This document shows positions 40,513 to 50,572 of a DNA stretch of 64,000 nucleotides, in pieces (the stretch's first letter is position 1; each line of letters starts with the position of its first letter). The position numbers and the translations under genes are program-made. The DNA is from Negativicutes bacterium. GTDB lineage: Bacteria; Bacillota; Negativicutes; UBA1444. The stretch is taken from the NCBI GenBank assembly GCA_963665275.2, contig CAXXIN010000007.1:608001-672000 (forward strand). Direction: 5' to 3'. The notes below the pieces were generated by a model. The model searched no databases, was not told the DNA's origin, and saw only the letters and a list, made by a program, of their open reading frames with translations.

Positions 40513-41067
40513 TTATGAGGCTTGTACGTCTTTGTGATATTGCTGCGTCTGCTGCATTTGCTGCAGATAGGCTTGCATGGTCTGCAGATCGGAATCAGTG
40601 GCTGTGCCGGCAGCAATTTTATCCAGGAAATCCTTCAGATAGTCTTCCTTTGTGGTGCTTCCAGTATTACTGGAGGCGCTGGCATCACTGATGAAAGACT
40701 GTTGGATCTGCTGCAAAAAGCTTTGCATATCCGATAGATCCGAATCCGTTGCCGTCCCCGACGCTACTTTGTCCAGAAAGCTCTTAATGGGATCTTTGCT
40801 GCCACTCGTTCCCGAGCCCGAAGCCGATCCCGTTTCAGCGCCATTCGTCGGTGGCGGTCCCTGCGGCGGAGGAGGCGGTGGCGCACTGCCCGACAATTCG
40901 AACGTGTCACCATCACTATTGCTAGTCACATTAGTCCGAGTAGTCGCCGCTGTTGTTGCCGTGGCAGAAGCGCCAGCGCTGGTAGCCGCGCTTGACGTCG
41001 CGTTGCTGTTTTTCAATGCATTCAGCAGGTACCACCAGTCATTTCCTCCTACGGATGATACATTCAC
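40513..41067 (-). CDS. Hypothetical Ser/Thr/Pro-rich protein with two C-terminal helical repeats
   Basis: GTG after AGGAGG; PPPPPPQGPPP tract; repeat FLDK(V/I)A.GTATDSDL..MQ..LQQ occurs twice; has its own terminator. Confidence 0.8.
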   Translation of the reverse strand: MNVSSVGGNDWWYLLNALKNSNATSSAATSAGASATATTAATTRTNVTSNSDGDTFELSGSAPPPPPPQGPPPTNGAETGSASGSGTSGSKDPIKSFLDKVASGTATDSDLSDMQSFLQQIQQSFISDASASSNTGSTTKEDYLKDFLDKIAAGTATDSDLQTMQAYLQQMQQTQQYHKDVQAS

Positions 41068-41233
41068 CTTACTTCCTCCTTGTTGTTATGTGTTTCGCTA
41101 GATACAATAATCCTCTACCTTATTTCTATATCGTAGAATTTCCTTTGATTTAGCTTTGTTTACAAATCTTTTTCAAAGAATTTTTGAATACAATTTGAAA
41201 TAGGATTTAAAACTGCAAATTACGAGGTGGCAT

Positions 41234-41920
41234 ATGAAATTATTGCTGGTTGACGATGAGATAAAACTCCTGGAAGCACTTTCACATACATTGAAAAAAT
41301 CCGGTTATGTAACAGATACCGCTGCTGACGGAGATACCGGCCTGGAACTGGCAATGAGCGGAATATACGACATTATCATCCTTGATCGTATGTTGCCTGG
41401 GCGGACCGGCATGGATATACTGAGGGAAATTCGACAACATTCCATTAACACGCCGGTACTGTTCCTGACCGCACGGGATTCGTCCGAAGATCGTGTAACG
41501 GGGCTGGATGCGGGCGCCGATGATTATCTGGTGAAGCCGTTTTCCAAAGAAGAACTGTTGGCCCGTCTGCGGGCTCTGACCAGACGGCAAACCAAAGACC
41601 TTACTGAAAATACCATAACCGCCAACAATTTGACGCTCAATCCGATGCATTGCGAAGTAACTCACAACGGGGAGACGATCAGGCTCACGGTTAAAGAGTC
41701 ATTACTGCTCGAATTGCTGATGCGAAATGCCGGCCAAGTTATCACAAAAGAGCGAATCCTGTATAAAGTCTGGAGTTTTTCTTCGGACATAGAGATTGCC
41801 AACGTCGATTTATATATCCACTATCTGAGGAAAAAATTACCGGGTCATTGCATCCGAACCATTCGCGGCGTCGGATACTGTCTGCAGGAGGACGATAATG
41901 TTTCGCAAACTGTTACTTAA
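41234..41920 (+). CDS. OmpR-family response regulator (RR1)
   Basis: LLVDDE, IILDRMLP, FLTA, GADDYLVKPF, VDLYIHYLRKK, RGVGY. Confidence 0.95.
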   Translation: MKLLLVDDEIKLLEALSHTLKKSGYVTDTAADGDTGLELAMSGIYDIIILDRMLPGRTGMDILREIRQHSINTPVLFLTARDSSEDRVTGLDAGADDYLVKPFSKEELLARLRALTRRQTKDLTENTITANNLTLNPMHCEVTHNGETIRLTVKESLLLELLMRNAGQVITKERILYKVWSFSSDIEIANVDLYIHYLRKKLPGHCIRTIRGVGYCLQEDDNVSQTVT

Positions 41921-43265
41921 ACTGACAGTGCTAAATGCCAGTGTCATAGGGATCCTGTTTTGCGCCCTGATTACCGGAGCCTACCTGTTTGCCCAGTATG
42001 ACTTAAACCGACACGTAGAATTCTTTCTTTCAAAAGTTGCAGCCGACATCAACGCCGGTCGACGTCCGCCAATGTTTCCCGGGCCTCCTGGTAGCGGCCC
42101 GACCAAGGACAGCTCTTTGGATTCAAGTTCAGGTTTCCCGCCTGATTCACCTGATCCATCCGGTCCTCCGCCACCGGGACTGCCGTTCGGCCCCCCGGAA
42201 GAACCCCGTGAAGGAGAAATGCCTCGGCCAACACTATTTTATGCCAAGCTGGATTCAACTGGCGCCATTGTCTCCACCTCGGCATCGTTGCCGCTTGCCA
42301 AGGACCAACTTGAAGAATTGGCGCAAGTGGTTGTCCAGAGACCTAAACCCAGTGGTCAGGTAACTTTTCAAAATATCGTATATTTTTATCATGTCACTGC
42401 ACGAACGGACTCTCCCGGACAACTGCTGTTGTTCCAAAACTTCGAGAGGGAGCGGGATGTCTTCCGCACAATAATGACCGCCCTGGTAGTCATCGGCGTG
42501 GTTTGTTTTATCGCCTCCTTGTTCGGCAGCCTATTTCTTGCGCGCCGGGCCATGAAACCGATTCAAAAATCCTGGACGCAGCAACGCGATTTTTTGGCGG
42601 ATGCCTCTCACGAACTTCGCACTCCGTTGGCTGTAATTCAGGCCAATCTGGATGTGATTCAAAGCAATTCCGACGAACTCGTCGCAGAGCAAACCCAGTG
42701 GATGAATAACATTGATGAAAGCGTCAAAGCGATGGCTTCTCTGGTTGAATCTCTGCTTTTTCTTGCGCGGATTGACTCACAGCAACACCCTCTCGACAAG
42801 AAACTGTTTTCACTGGACCAGGCAATCGCCACTGCGGTAGGGCCCTATAAACTCCTGGCCGCAACAAAAAAAGTCAGCCTTACGACTGACTTGGAGCAAA
42901 GCTTGGATTTTTATGGCGACGAAGGACGAATCAAGCAGGTTGTCGGCATTTTGCTCGACAATGCCATACGTCACACAACCGAAGGTGGCAGTGTCAATGT
43001 TGTGCTAAAACAAATCAACAAAAGTGTGCAACTCTCAGTATCCGATACGGGCGAAGGGATTCCATTGGATCAACTGAACAAAATATTCGAACGTTTTTAT
43101 CAAGTCGATCCCGCACGTAACAAAGGGGGCACAGGACTCGGACTGTCCATTGCAAAATGCATCGTGGAAAACCATGATGGGGGCATTCAGGCAAGTAGCA
43201 GCCCCGGCTCCGGCGCCAGTTTTTTTGTCCGCTTGCCCCTCGCAGTTCAACATCCGCTCAAATGA
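41898..43265 (+). CDS. Sensor histidine kinase with proline-rich extracytoplasmic segment (HK1)
   Basis: Two TM helices; DASHELRTPL, LLDNA, DTGEGI, GTGLGL. Confidence 0.95.
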   Translation: MFRKLLLKLTVLNASVIGILFCALITGAYLFAQYDLNRHVEFFLSKVAADINAGRRPPMFPGPPGSGPTKDSSLDSSSGFPPDSPDPSGPPPPGLPFGPPEEPREGEMPRPTLFYAKLDSTGAIVSTSASLPLAKDQLEELAQVVVQRPKPSGQVTFQNIVYFYHVTARTDSPGQLLLFQNFERERDVFRTIMTALVVIGVVCFIASLFGSLFLARRAMKPIQKSWTQQRDFLADASHELRTPLAVIQANLDVIQSNSDELVAEQTQWMNNIDESVKAMASLVESLLFLARIDSQQHPLDKKLFSLDQAIATAVGPYKLLAATKKVSLTTDLEQSLDFYGDEGRIKQVVGILLDNAIRHTTEGGSVNVVLKQINKSVQLSVSDTGEGIPLDQLNKIFERFYQVDPARNKGGTGLGLSIAKCIVENHDGGIQASSSPGSGASFFVRLPLAVQHPLK

Positions 43266-43292
43266 TCCACTGGCAAAATTCATTCAAGCCCA

Positions 43293-44036
43293 CTATCGCA
43301 AGTATCCGTAAGGAATGCTTCGGGTCATAACACAAAATAGTCGTTGCTCTGATTTGTCCGCCAAGTGTTGTGTTCCAAACAACGCTACTTGCAATAAGGG
43401 ATTCTCCTCGTGATCGGCGCCCTTACGCAATTTATCCAGCAATTCTTTACCGCTCTTTGTGGGTCCAGACATCTCATACAAAATGATTCGGCGTCCTAAA
43501 ACCGCCAGCAGAGGAACGGTCAGCACCAATAGCCATTTTTCTGTTCCCTCATAGTAATTCATGAACCTCAGACTGCCTGCCACGATTAAGCAAGGAGCTA
43601 TTACCGACATTACCCACTGCCAGCGGGCCGGTGTTTTCCACCAGCCCGCTTGTTGCATGTTTTCTTCGATAGCCCGCAAGCTTTCAACCAACCGGCGCCG
43701 AGTTCCCCGCAGCGTTCGCACATTGCCCTGGATCGCCATGAATGCCTGCACAGCATCAGCTTCCATTTGCGAAAGTCCTACTCCTTGCACCGGCAATACC
43801 TGCACCAACAGCTTTCGACTCGGCCCGCCAGGTTTCAGTTCTATGATTTTTCGTTCGTGCAACTCGAAAATCACCGTCTCGACAACCGCGCCCAGCCCAC
43901 CTCTGAGCAAGGCTACTTCCAGGGCTTTAGGACAAAAAGAGTCCGTCCGCCGCCTTCGGCGACTTCGTCGAAGCAGTAGAACGGCAAACCCAATAATAGC
44001 TCCCACATAAAACAAATACATAATATACGGGTACAT
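43293..44036 (-). CDS. Membrane protein, TIGR04222-domain-like
   Basis: N-terminal TM, ALLRGG...L....I, two TMs, PT..G..LL and VALFG pattern. Confidence 0.55.
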   Translation of the reverse strand: MYPYIMYLFYVGAIIGFAVLLLRRSRRRRRTDSFCPKALEVALLRGGLGAVVETVIFELHERKIIELKPGGPSRKLLVQVLPVQGVGLSQMEADAVQAFMAIQGNVRTLRGTRRRLVESLRAIEENMQQAGWWKTPARWQWVMSVIAPCLIVAGSLRFMNYYEGTEKWLLVLTVPLLAVLGRRIILYEMSGPTKSGKELLDKLRKGADHEENPLLQVALFGTQHLADKSEQRLFCVMTRSIPYGYLR

Positions 44037-44066
44037 GCTTAAATTAAACCATCCTGAAAATTCGCC

Positions 44067-44948
44067 TTATTTTATGTCGTAACTACCCAACACACTGATC
44101 TTCAAAGCGGAGGCATGCTTGGACAGCACCTCGCCAAGCGCTTCGCGCCGCCCATCGCCATCCAGTTCCACAACAAATATATATTCACCCAGCAGTGTCT
44201 TGGCCGGCCGATCGTGCACCGAAACCAGTTTGTAACCTGCTTTTTCCACATCGCGCAAAAATCCAGGAAAAGCAGCGGCAGGCCCCTGCGCGGTCAATGC
44301 GGTCCGCGTTTGGCCGAACTTTTGAAAAGGCTTAAGGGTCACGATCCAAAACCGGGTAACATTCGTTTTGGTCACTTCGATCTGTTTGGCCATCACGTCC
44401 AGTTTATAAGTAACCGCAGCCTGAGGCGACGCAATGGCCGCGACAGATTTATCGCCGGTTTCCGCGACTTTCCGAGCACCTTCAGCCGTGCTGGAAACTT
44501 CAATCAGTTTTGCTTCCGGCAGATTTACCTTCAGCCAGTCTTTTCCCTGCGCGATCCCTTGCGGGTGAGACAAAATTGTTTTAATGTCACTCAGTACAGT
44601 CCCTGGAACCACCATCAAGGTCTGCCTGATTGGCAAATTGACTTCACCGACCACCACAAATGCCGGATCGCTGATGACCCCGTCCAAATAATTGTACACC
44701 GGGCCGCCGACCGTATTTTCGATGGGCACAACTGCATACTGAAACTCACCTGATTTCACGCCAGCCAATGTTTCCGGCACCGTTTTCATCGGTACGAAAG
44801 TCTCTTTGTCACCAAAAAATAATATGGACGCCTCTTCAGTATAGGTTGCCGCAGGCCCCAGATAACCAACACTCGCGGAAACCGTGCCTGAAAGCAGTAG
44901 GATCATCGCTGCAAGAACCGCGAACACTTGAACGGAAACTTTTTTCAT
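44067..44948 (-). CDS. PheA-type prephenate dehydratase domain protein with N-terminal signal peptide
   Basis: YLGP..TYTEEA, VVPIENTVGG, SHPQ, SSTA, NVTRF; degenerate ACT domain; leader MKK-hydrophobic-VSA. Confidence 0.85.
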   Translation of the reverse strand: MKKVSVQVFAVLAAMILLLSGTVSASVGYLGPAATYTEEASILFFGDKETFVPMKTVPETLAGVKSGEFQYAVVPIENTVGGPVYNYLDGVISDPAFVVVGEVNLPIRQTLMVVPGTVLSDIKTILSHPQGIAQGKDWLKVNLPEAKLIEVSSTAEGARKVAETGDKSVAAIASPQAAVTYKLDVMAKQIEVTKTNVTRFWIVTLKPFQKFGQTRTALTAQGPAAAFPGFLRDVEKAGYKLVSVHDRPAKTLLGEYIFVVELDGDGRREALGEVLSKHASALKISVLGSYDIK

Positions 44949-44995
44949 CTGATTAATCCCTTCCTTTTCTACTTTTCTACCGGATTATCTTGAGA

Positions 44996-45634
44996 TCATT
45001 CGCCGCCTGCCCAAAGTCTTTTTAAATCCCTTGCTGCAGCCGACGGATCAGAACTGTCCATGATCGCACTAACCACTGCCACCCCATCTACTCCAGCTTG
45101 TCGAACAAACGCTATATTTCCGGCCGTTATCCCGCCGATCGCAACAACCGGAATGCGAACCGCATTTTTGATTTGCATCAATATTTCCATTGGCAGCAAA
45201 GCTTTACCCGGTTTGGTTCCTGTTGGGTACACAGCTCCGCTCCCTAGATAATCGGCTCCAGCTTTCTGAGCCGCAAGCGCATCCGCCACCGTTGCCGCTG
45301 TGGCGCCCAAGATTTTATCCGGTCCCAGCAACCGCCGTGCTACTTCAACCGGCAAGTCCTCCTGTCCAACATGCAGGCCATCCGCATCCACAGCCAACGC
45401 AATATCCAGACGATCGTTGATAATCAAAGGAACTCGAACCTTGCGAGCGATCTCCTTGACCCGCAGCGCCAGTTCATAAAACTCTCTCGATGTAGCCGTC
45501 TTCTCGCGCAGTTGCACCAGTGTCACTCCGCCATCAATAGCGCGCGCCACTTTCTTGCAAAACCCTTCAATATCTCTGGTTCCGCCATCCGTCACCAGGT
45601 ACAGCGAATACTCAATCTTTGATTTATTCAACAC
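44996..45634 (-). CDS. thiE: Thiamine-phosphate synthase
   Basis: VQLREK, IINDRLD, HVGQED, PTGTK, VAIGGI, AVVSAI. Confidence 0.96.
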   Translation of the reverse strand: MLNKSKIEYSLYLVTDGGTRDIEGFCKKVARAIDGGVTLVQLREKTATSREFYELALRVKEIARKVRVPLIINDRLDIALAVDADGLHVGQEDLPVEVARRLLGPDKILGATAATVADALAAQKAGADYLGSGAVYPTGTKPGKALLPMEILMQIKNAVRIPVVAIGGITAGNIAFVRQAGVDGVAVVSAIMDSSDPSAAARDLKRLWAGGE

Positions 45635-46439
45635 TACATCTCCCCTGCCTCAACACATCTTCTGCAGTCAAAATTGAAATGGCATCCACCAACCGGATCC
45701 GGAACGATCCAGTCCCTTCTCCCGGCAGCAAAGATGCGCAAGCCATCTCGCCCGCAATTCCCATAAACATCACGCCAGCTGTCACCGCGCTCAGCGATGC
45801 CCCCATCGCCGCACAACAGGAAGCAACGAGCGAAGTCGTCATACAGCCGGTCCCTGTGACCCGCGACATCATGGCATCCCCATTGTCTATCCGGCAGACA
45901 GTCCGCCCGTCACTAACAAAGTCGGTTGGCCCGGTTGCCGCTACCAAACATCCCATTTGTTGCGCCGCCTGACGGACTGTTTCGGCCGCATTGTCAGCCG
46001 ATGCCAGCGAGTCGATTCCGCGCATCGCCGCGTATACTCCCGTCATACGCTGAATCTCCGCCAAATTCCCCCGCACCGCCGTCAATCGGATACACAGAGC
46101 GATCTGCTCGACAGTTCGGGTTCGGACCTGAGTAAAACCGACACCAACGGGATCAAGTATAACCGGGATTCCCATTGCATTGGCCTTTTTACCGGCAAGC
46201 AGCATGGATTCAAGCATGCGGGTATTCGGAGTGCCCAGATTCAATATCAAGGCTGCCGACTGGGCTACAACCTCCTCCACCTCGACCGGATCATTAGCCA
46301 TGATCGGGGAGGCTCCAATAGCCAGAGTAACGTTGGCGCAATCGTTGATGCTGATATAGTTGGTGATATGATGGACGATCGGCTTCCGAATCCTGACCTG
46401 CTCAATGCCAGAGGCAATCTGTTCCATCAGGCTCATCAT
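45624..46439 (-). CDS. thiM: Hydroxyethylthiazole kinase
   Basis: HHITNY, GASPIMA, LDPVG, RGN..EI, TGTGC. Confidence 0.95.
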   Translation of the reverse strand: MMSLMEQIASGIEQVRIRKPIVHHITNYISINDCANVTLAIGASPIMANDPVEVEEVVAQSAALILNLGTPNTRMLESMLLAGKKANAMGIPVILDPVGVGFTQVRTRTVEQIALCIRLTAVRGNLAEIQRMTGVYAAMRGIDSLASADNAAETVRQAAQQMGCLVAATGPTDFVSDGRTVCRIDNGDAMMSRVTGTGCMTTSLVASCCAAMGASLSAVTAGVMFMGIAGEMACASLLPGEGTGSFRIRLVDAISILTAEDVLRQGRCSVE

Positions 46440-46475
46440 ACAGCCACCGGCTCTATCGTAAGCACCCTAATGTTT

Positions 46476-47282
46476 TTATTCATCAAGCAACCCTGCTTTT
46501 TGATAAAGCTCATAGAAATGGTGCGTCGGTCCCACGCCTTTGCCGATCGCCAAGGCATGTTCGATCGCAATGGTAATATATTTTTTCGCTGCGGCAACTG
46601 CTTGTTCCACTGGCAATCCTTTCGCCAAATTCGCCGCAATAGCCGAAGACAATGTACAGCCGGTTCCATGGGTATTTTGCGTCGGAACGCGTGGTGCTTC
46701 AAACCTCACAAAACGGTGTCCATCAAACAATATATCGGTTGCATCTTCCGTTCGGTGTCCGCCCTTCAAAAGAACATTTTTCGGGCCCATCGCATGAATG
46801 GCCCGAGCGGCCTCTTCCATGTCGGCAATGGTTTCGATTTTTCGATGCACCAGAACCTCGGCTTCGGGAATATTCGGTGTGACCACTGTGGCCAACGGCA
46901 GCAGCTCAGAAATCAGGACGGCTTCCGCATCGGGTTGCAACAGGTGATAGCCGCTTTTGGAGATCATCACAGGATCGACTACAATCAAGTCCGGTGTATA
47001 TTTTTTCAATCCGGCAGCAATCACGCGAATGGTTTCCGGTTGTGACACCATCCCCACTTTGACCGCATCAGCCCCTATATCGTCAAAAATCGCTTCGATC
47101 TGTTTGGTTATAATCTCTGGCCAAACATCCTGAACAGCAGTTACGCCCAACGTATTTTGGGCCGTTATTGCCGTAATAACACTCATGCCAAAAACGCCAT
47201 GCGCCGCAAAAGTTTTCAGATCCGCCTGAATCCCCGCACCGCCGCTCGAATCCGATCCAGCGATCGTTAACGCCTTTTTCAT
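46476..47282 (-). CDS. thiD: Hydroxymethylpyrimidine/phosphomethylpyrimidine kinase
   Basis: ATG 47282; TIAGSDSSGGAGIQADLK, TPN..EA, KGGH, HGTGCTLS. Confidence 0.96.
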   Translation of the reverse strand: MKKALTIAGSDSSGGAGIQADLKTFAAHGVFGMSVITAITAQNTLGVTAVQDVWPEIITKQIEAIFDDIGADAVKVGMVSQPETIRVIAAGLKKYTPDLIVVDPVMISKSGYHLLQPDAEAVLISELLPLATVVTPNIPEAEVLVHRKIETIADMEEAARAIHAMGPKNVLLKGGHRTEDATDILFDGHRFVRFEAPRVPTQNTHGTGCTLSSAIAANLAKGLPVEQAVAAAKKYITIAIEHALAIGKGVGPTHHFYELYQKAGLLDE

Positions 47283-47391
47283 GCTCCCAATCCTCTTTTC
47301 TCCTTGCTTATCTTTCAATACCAGCGTATATTCTTCGCTTTTTCCGGCCAAAATCCCTGCCCGCTTCGGCGGTAGGTTCAATTGTTCTATG

Positions 47392-47431
47392 AAAAAATCA
47401 CTGCAAGTCAGGCGGTTTCCTGCAGCAGTGA
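47392..47431 (-). terminator. Terminator of the exporter operon
   Basis: TCACTGC...GCAGTGA stem followed by TTTTTT on the minus strand. Confidence 0.65.
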
Positions 47432-47458
47432 AATGAGACTGGATTGATTCAGTTTGAG

Positions 47459-48685
47459 TTACTCATATCGTAGTGCATCGATTGGATCAAGCATAGCGGC
47501 CTTGCGGGCTGGATAAACGCCAAAGAACAGCCCTATCACGACCGATACTCCAAAGGCTCCTACAATAGCCCACCACGATACTACCGTATTCCAACCGGCG
47601 ACCAAAGAAATCACCCTGGCGCCGAGAACCCCAACGACAATGCCAAACAACCCGCCAGTTACACTGATGGCAACTGCTTCAATAATGAACTGCATGAGCA
47701 CGTTTCGGAAAGTTGCTCCCAGCGCCTTCCGAATGCCGATTTCCCTCGTTCGCTCCGTCACCGATACCAACATGATGTTCATGATGCCGATGCCGCCAAC
47801 CAAGAGTGAAATGGCTGCAACATTGCCCAGAAGCAGCGTGATCGTATCAGTCGTTTCAGTCATCGTCGCCATAAGCGCCGTCATATTTCGCACGGTAAAA
47901 TCGTTTTCAACGGCGGGCGCCAACCTGTGCCGGCTTCTCAGCAATGAAGTCGCCTCATCCTGAACTTTATTAATAACTTCTGCGTTCTTCGCCTGAATGC
48001 TTATATTGTTGAGATAGGTAATTCCCATTAGGCGATCCTGGGCCGTTGCCAACGGCACGATGACCATATCGTCCTGATCCTGACCCATTGCCGATTGTCC
48101 TTTGCTGCCCAGTACACCAACCACTCGAAAGGGAGCCTGGTTGATGCGAATTGTTTTCCCAATAGGGCTGGCAGCCCCAAACAAATTGGTCGCCACCGTC
48201 TGCCCGAGGACTGCTACGCGCGCGCGCGAATTATCGTCACTATTGCTAAAAAATGCTCCAGAAGCCATTTTGAAATTCCGTACAGCCAGAAAATCCGGTG
48301 TGGTTCCCTGTACAGAGGTCTTCCAATTTTGGTTGCCGTAAATGACCTGATATTGTGAACTGACCGACGGCAACACATAATTAACGCCGGAAATCTGCTT
48401 TGAAATTGCCTTGGCGTCTTGATTGGTCAGGGTTATATTCGAACCGGCAGCCAGGCGAACCGTTCCGGGAGGAGCGTTGGAACCCGGCATGACTATGAGC
48501 AGATTGCTGCCCAGACTGGCAATGGAACTCTGAACTTTTTGCTGCACCCCCATCCCGATCGACACCATCGCAATGACGGCGCCAACACCGATAATGATTC
48601 CCAGCATCGTTAATATTGACCGCATTTTATTGGACCGAAGCCCTTCCAATGCTATACTTATGCTTTCCCTGAACACGGGTCCCAC
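47459..48685 (-). CDS. MacB/YknZ-like ABC permease (start may be GTG 48676)
   Basis: RSILTMLGIIIGV, VGGIGIMNIMLVSVTERTREIGIRKALGA, PARKAA.LDPI.ALRYE. Confidence 0.93.
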   Translation of the reverse strand: MGPVFRESISIALEGLRSNKMRSILTMLGIIIGVGAVIAMVSIGMGVQQKVQSSIASLGSNLLIVMPGSNAPPGTVRLAAGSNITLTNQDAKAISKQISGVNYVLPSVSSQYQVIYGNQNWKTSVQGTTPDFLAVRNFKMASGAFFSNSDDNSRARVAVLGQTVATNLFGAASPIGKTIRINQAPFRVVGVLGSKGQSAMGQDQDDMVIVPLATAQDRLMGITYLNNISIQAKNAEVINKVQDEATSLLRSRHRLAPAVENDFTVRNMTALMATMTETTDTITLLLGNVAAISLLVGGIGIMNIMLVSVTERTREIGIRKALGATFRNVLMQFIIEAVAISVTGGLFGIVVGVLGARVISLVAGWNTVVSWWAIVGAFGVSVVIGLFFGVYPARKAAMLDPIDALRYE

Positions 48686-48694
48686 CGCCCTTCC

Positions 48695-49387
48695 CTATAT
48701 GGCAAGTTTATCTGCATTGCGCTGGTCGCTGAGAATTTTTCCATCCCGAACATGGACGACCCGCTGTGCGTATGCCGCAATATCCGCTTCATGTGTAACC
48801 ATGATGATCGTTCGCCCTTGCGCATGCAAGTTGCAAAAAACATCCATGATCTCGATGCTGGACTTCGTATCCAGATTGCCAGTCGGTTCATCGGCGATCA
48901 ATATCGCCGGATCTGTGACCAGCGCTCTCGCAATGGCTACTCGCTGCCGTTGACCGCCAGAGAGTTCATTAGGCCGATGATCTTTCCGCTCAACAATTCC
49001 TACCATAGCCAACGTTGAAAGCGCCCGATTCATTCGCTCGTCATTATCTACGCCAGAGTATACCAATGGCAAGGCAATATTTTTCACGGCTGAAATCCGC
49101 GGCAACAAATTAAAGTTTTGAAATACAAACCCTATTTTTCGGTTGCGAGTCAACGCCAGTTGATCATCATTTAGCAGTGCAACTTCATCACCGTCCAACC
49201 GATAGGAACCGGAAGTCGGTCGGTCCAGGCAACCAATAATGTTCATCAACGTTGATTTACCGGAACCTGACGGACCGGTGATGGCTACAAACTCGCCCCG
49301 ATTGATGGACAAGTTCACTCCATCCAGCGCATGGACCGCCGTATCTCCCATCTGGTAAATTTTCTTTATTGCTTTGAGTGTAATCAT
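48695..49387 (-). CDS. ABC ATP-binding protein (MacB/LolD/YknY-like)
   Basis: GPSGSGKST, LSGGQRQR, ADEPTGNLD. Confidence 0.95.
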   Translation of the reverse strand: MITLKAIKKIYQMGDTAVHALDGVNLSINRGEFVAITGPSGSGKSTLMNIIGCLDRPTSGSYRLDGDEVALLNDDQLALTRNRKIGFVFQNFNLLPRISAVKNIALPLVYSGVDNDERMNRALSTLAMVGIVERKDHRPNELSGGQRQRVAIARALVTDPAILIADEPTGNLDTKSSIEIMDVFCNLHAQGRTIIMVTHEADIAAYAQRVVHVRDGKILSDQRNADKLAI

Positions 49388-49408
49388 TATTTTGAGTCTC
49401 CACTTCTT

Positions 49409-50494
49409 CTAAATTGCGGGCGGCGGTCCCTGATTCTGCTTGGTTGTGGCAGCGCCGGTCGGCGCCGCTCCCGGCACAATCACCTGATCGCCGATATTCA
49501 GACCCGTGGTGATCTCCACATTATCGTCGTCGTTAAGTCCTGTTTCCACCGTTATGTTCTGTGCTTTTCCATTTACCATGACCTGAACGTATTTCTTGCC
49601 CTTTTCTTCTTTAACGGAGGATACTGGAACAACCATGACATTTTTGCTTTCGCCGACACGAATCGTTGTCCGCGCGGTCATCGTTGGAAACAACAGCCCT
49701 TCGGAGGAGTCGACGTCCACATATACAGGATAATACACTACATTGGAGGACGTCGTGGCACTCCGGGAAATAGTCGTCACTTTACCGGTAAAAGTTTTAT
49801 TCGGATAAGTATCCACCGTGAAGGACACCGTTTGCCCCAGCTTTACCCGGCCGATATCGGTCTCGTCAACCAATACTTTAATCTGCATTTTTGACATATC
49901 GGCAATATACATAATGACCTGTGGGCTGGAAATCCCCTGGGCCACCGTCTGACCCGCAGGTGTCGGTTTGCCGATCACCACGCCGTCTATCGGCGATGCA
50001 ATCACATAATATTGAAGCTGCGAGACATAGTTGTTGTAATTGGCCTGCGCAACCTTTAAATTGGTCCGGTCAGTGTCAAGTTGCTGGAGCGACTGACCGC
50101 CGGCCGCCGTCAGCCTGCTGCTTCTTTCATAAGTAGTCGCATAATTGTCCAGCTGCGCCTTATATTGAGCCACCTGCGTCTGCAACGTGGTATCATCCAA
50201 GACCAACAAAACCTGTCCAGCTTTCACCACATCATTTTCCTTCACGCGCAACTCTGTGATTAGACCAGTCACCCGCGAGCTGATTTCTACCGTATTGACG
50301 GCGGAAATCGTTCCCGTGGCCGAAATTGCCGCCTGCACATCGCCTCTCGTCACGGCAACCGTTACCTCTTGGCTGACTACCACATTGCGATGCTGCATGT
50401 AATACATTCCACCGCCGATGCCACCCGCCACTACCAGTACTGTTAATGCAGCCGCAATTTTATGTTTCATCAGATTTTGCCATATCTTGCCCAT
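49409..50494 (-). CDS. Membrane fusion protein (MacA/YknX-like)
   Basis: N-terminal TM; V.AGQ.L, SPIDGVV, VDETDIG.V..GQ, GL.PGMT-like, TGLND. Confidence 0.92.
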   Translation of the reverse strand: MGKIWQNLMKHKIAAALTVLVVAGGIGGGMYYMQHRNVVVSQEVTVAVTRGDVQAAISATGTISAVNTVEISSRVTGLITELRVKENDVVKAGQVLLVLDDTTLQTQVAQYKAQLDNYATTYERSSRLTAAGGQSLQQLDTDRTNLKVAQANYNNYVSQLQYYVIASPIDGVVIGKPTPAGQTVAQGISSPQVIMYIADMSKMQIKVLVDETDIGRVKLGQTVSFTVDTYPNKTFTGKVTTISRSATTSSNVVYYPVYVDVDSSEGLLFPTMTARTTIRVGESKNVMVVPVSSVKEEKGKKYVQVMVNGKAQNITVETGLNDDDNVEITTGLNIGDQVIVPGAAPTGAATTKQNQGPPPAI

Positions 50495-50521
50495 TTCGAA
50501 CCCTCACTTATCCCTTCACTT

Positions 50522-50572
50522 ATCTTAAGTATGCCTTTGAATTGTTACAGCTTTGTTACAGCTTGTTATACA
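50522..50572 (-). promoter_or_regulatory. Response-regulator box (TGTAAC repeats, 11-bp period) and -10 for the exporter operon
   Basis: TGTATAACAAGCTGTAACAAAGCTGTAACAA-N8-CATACT; close copy at 52840-52890. Confidence 0.75.

Noticed and set aside
45957-47045. 362-aa + strand ORF
   Set aside because: Shadow of thiM/thiD; no SD or motif.
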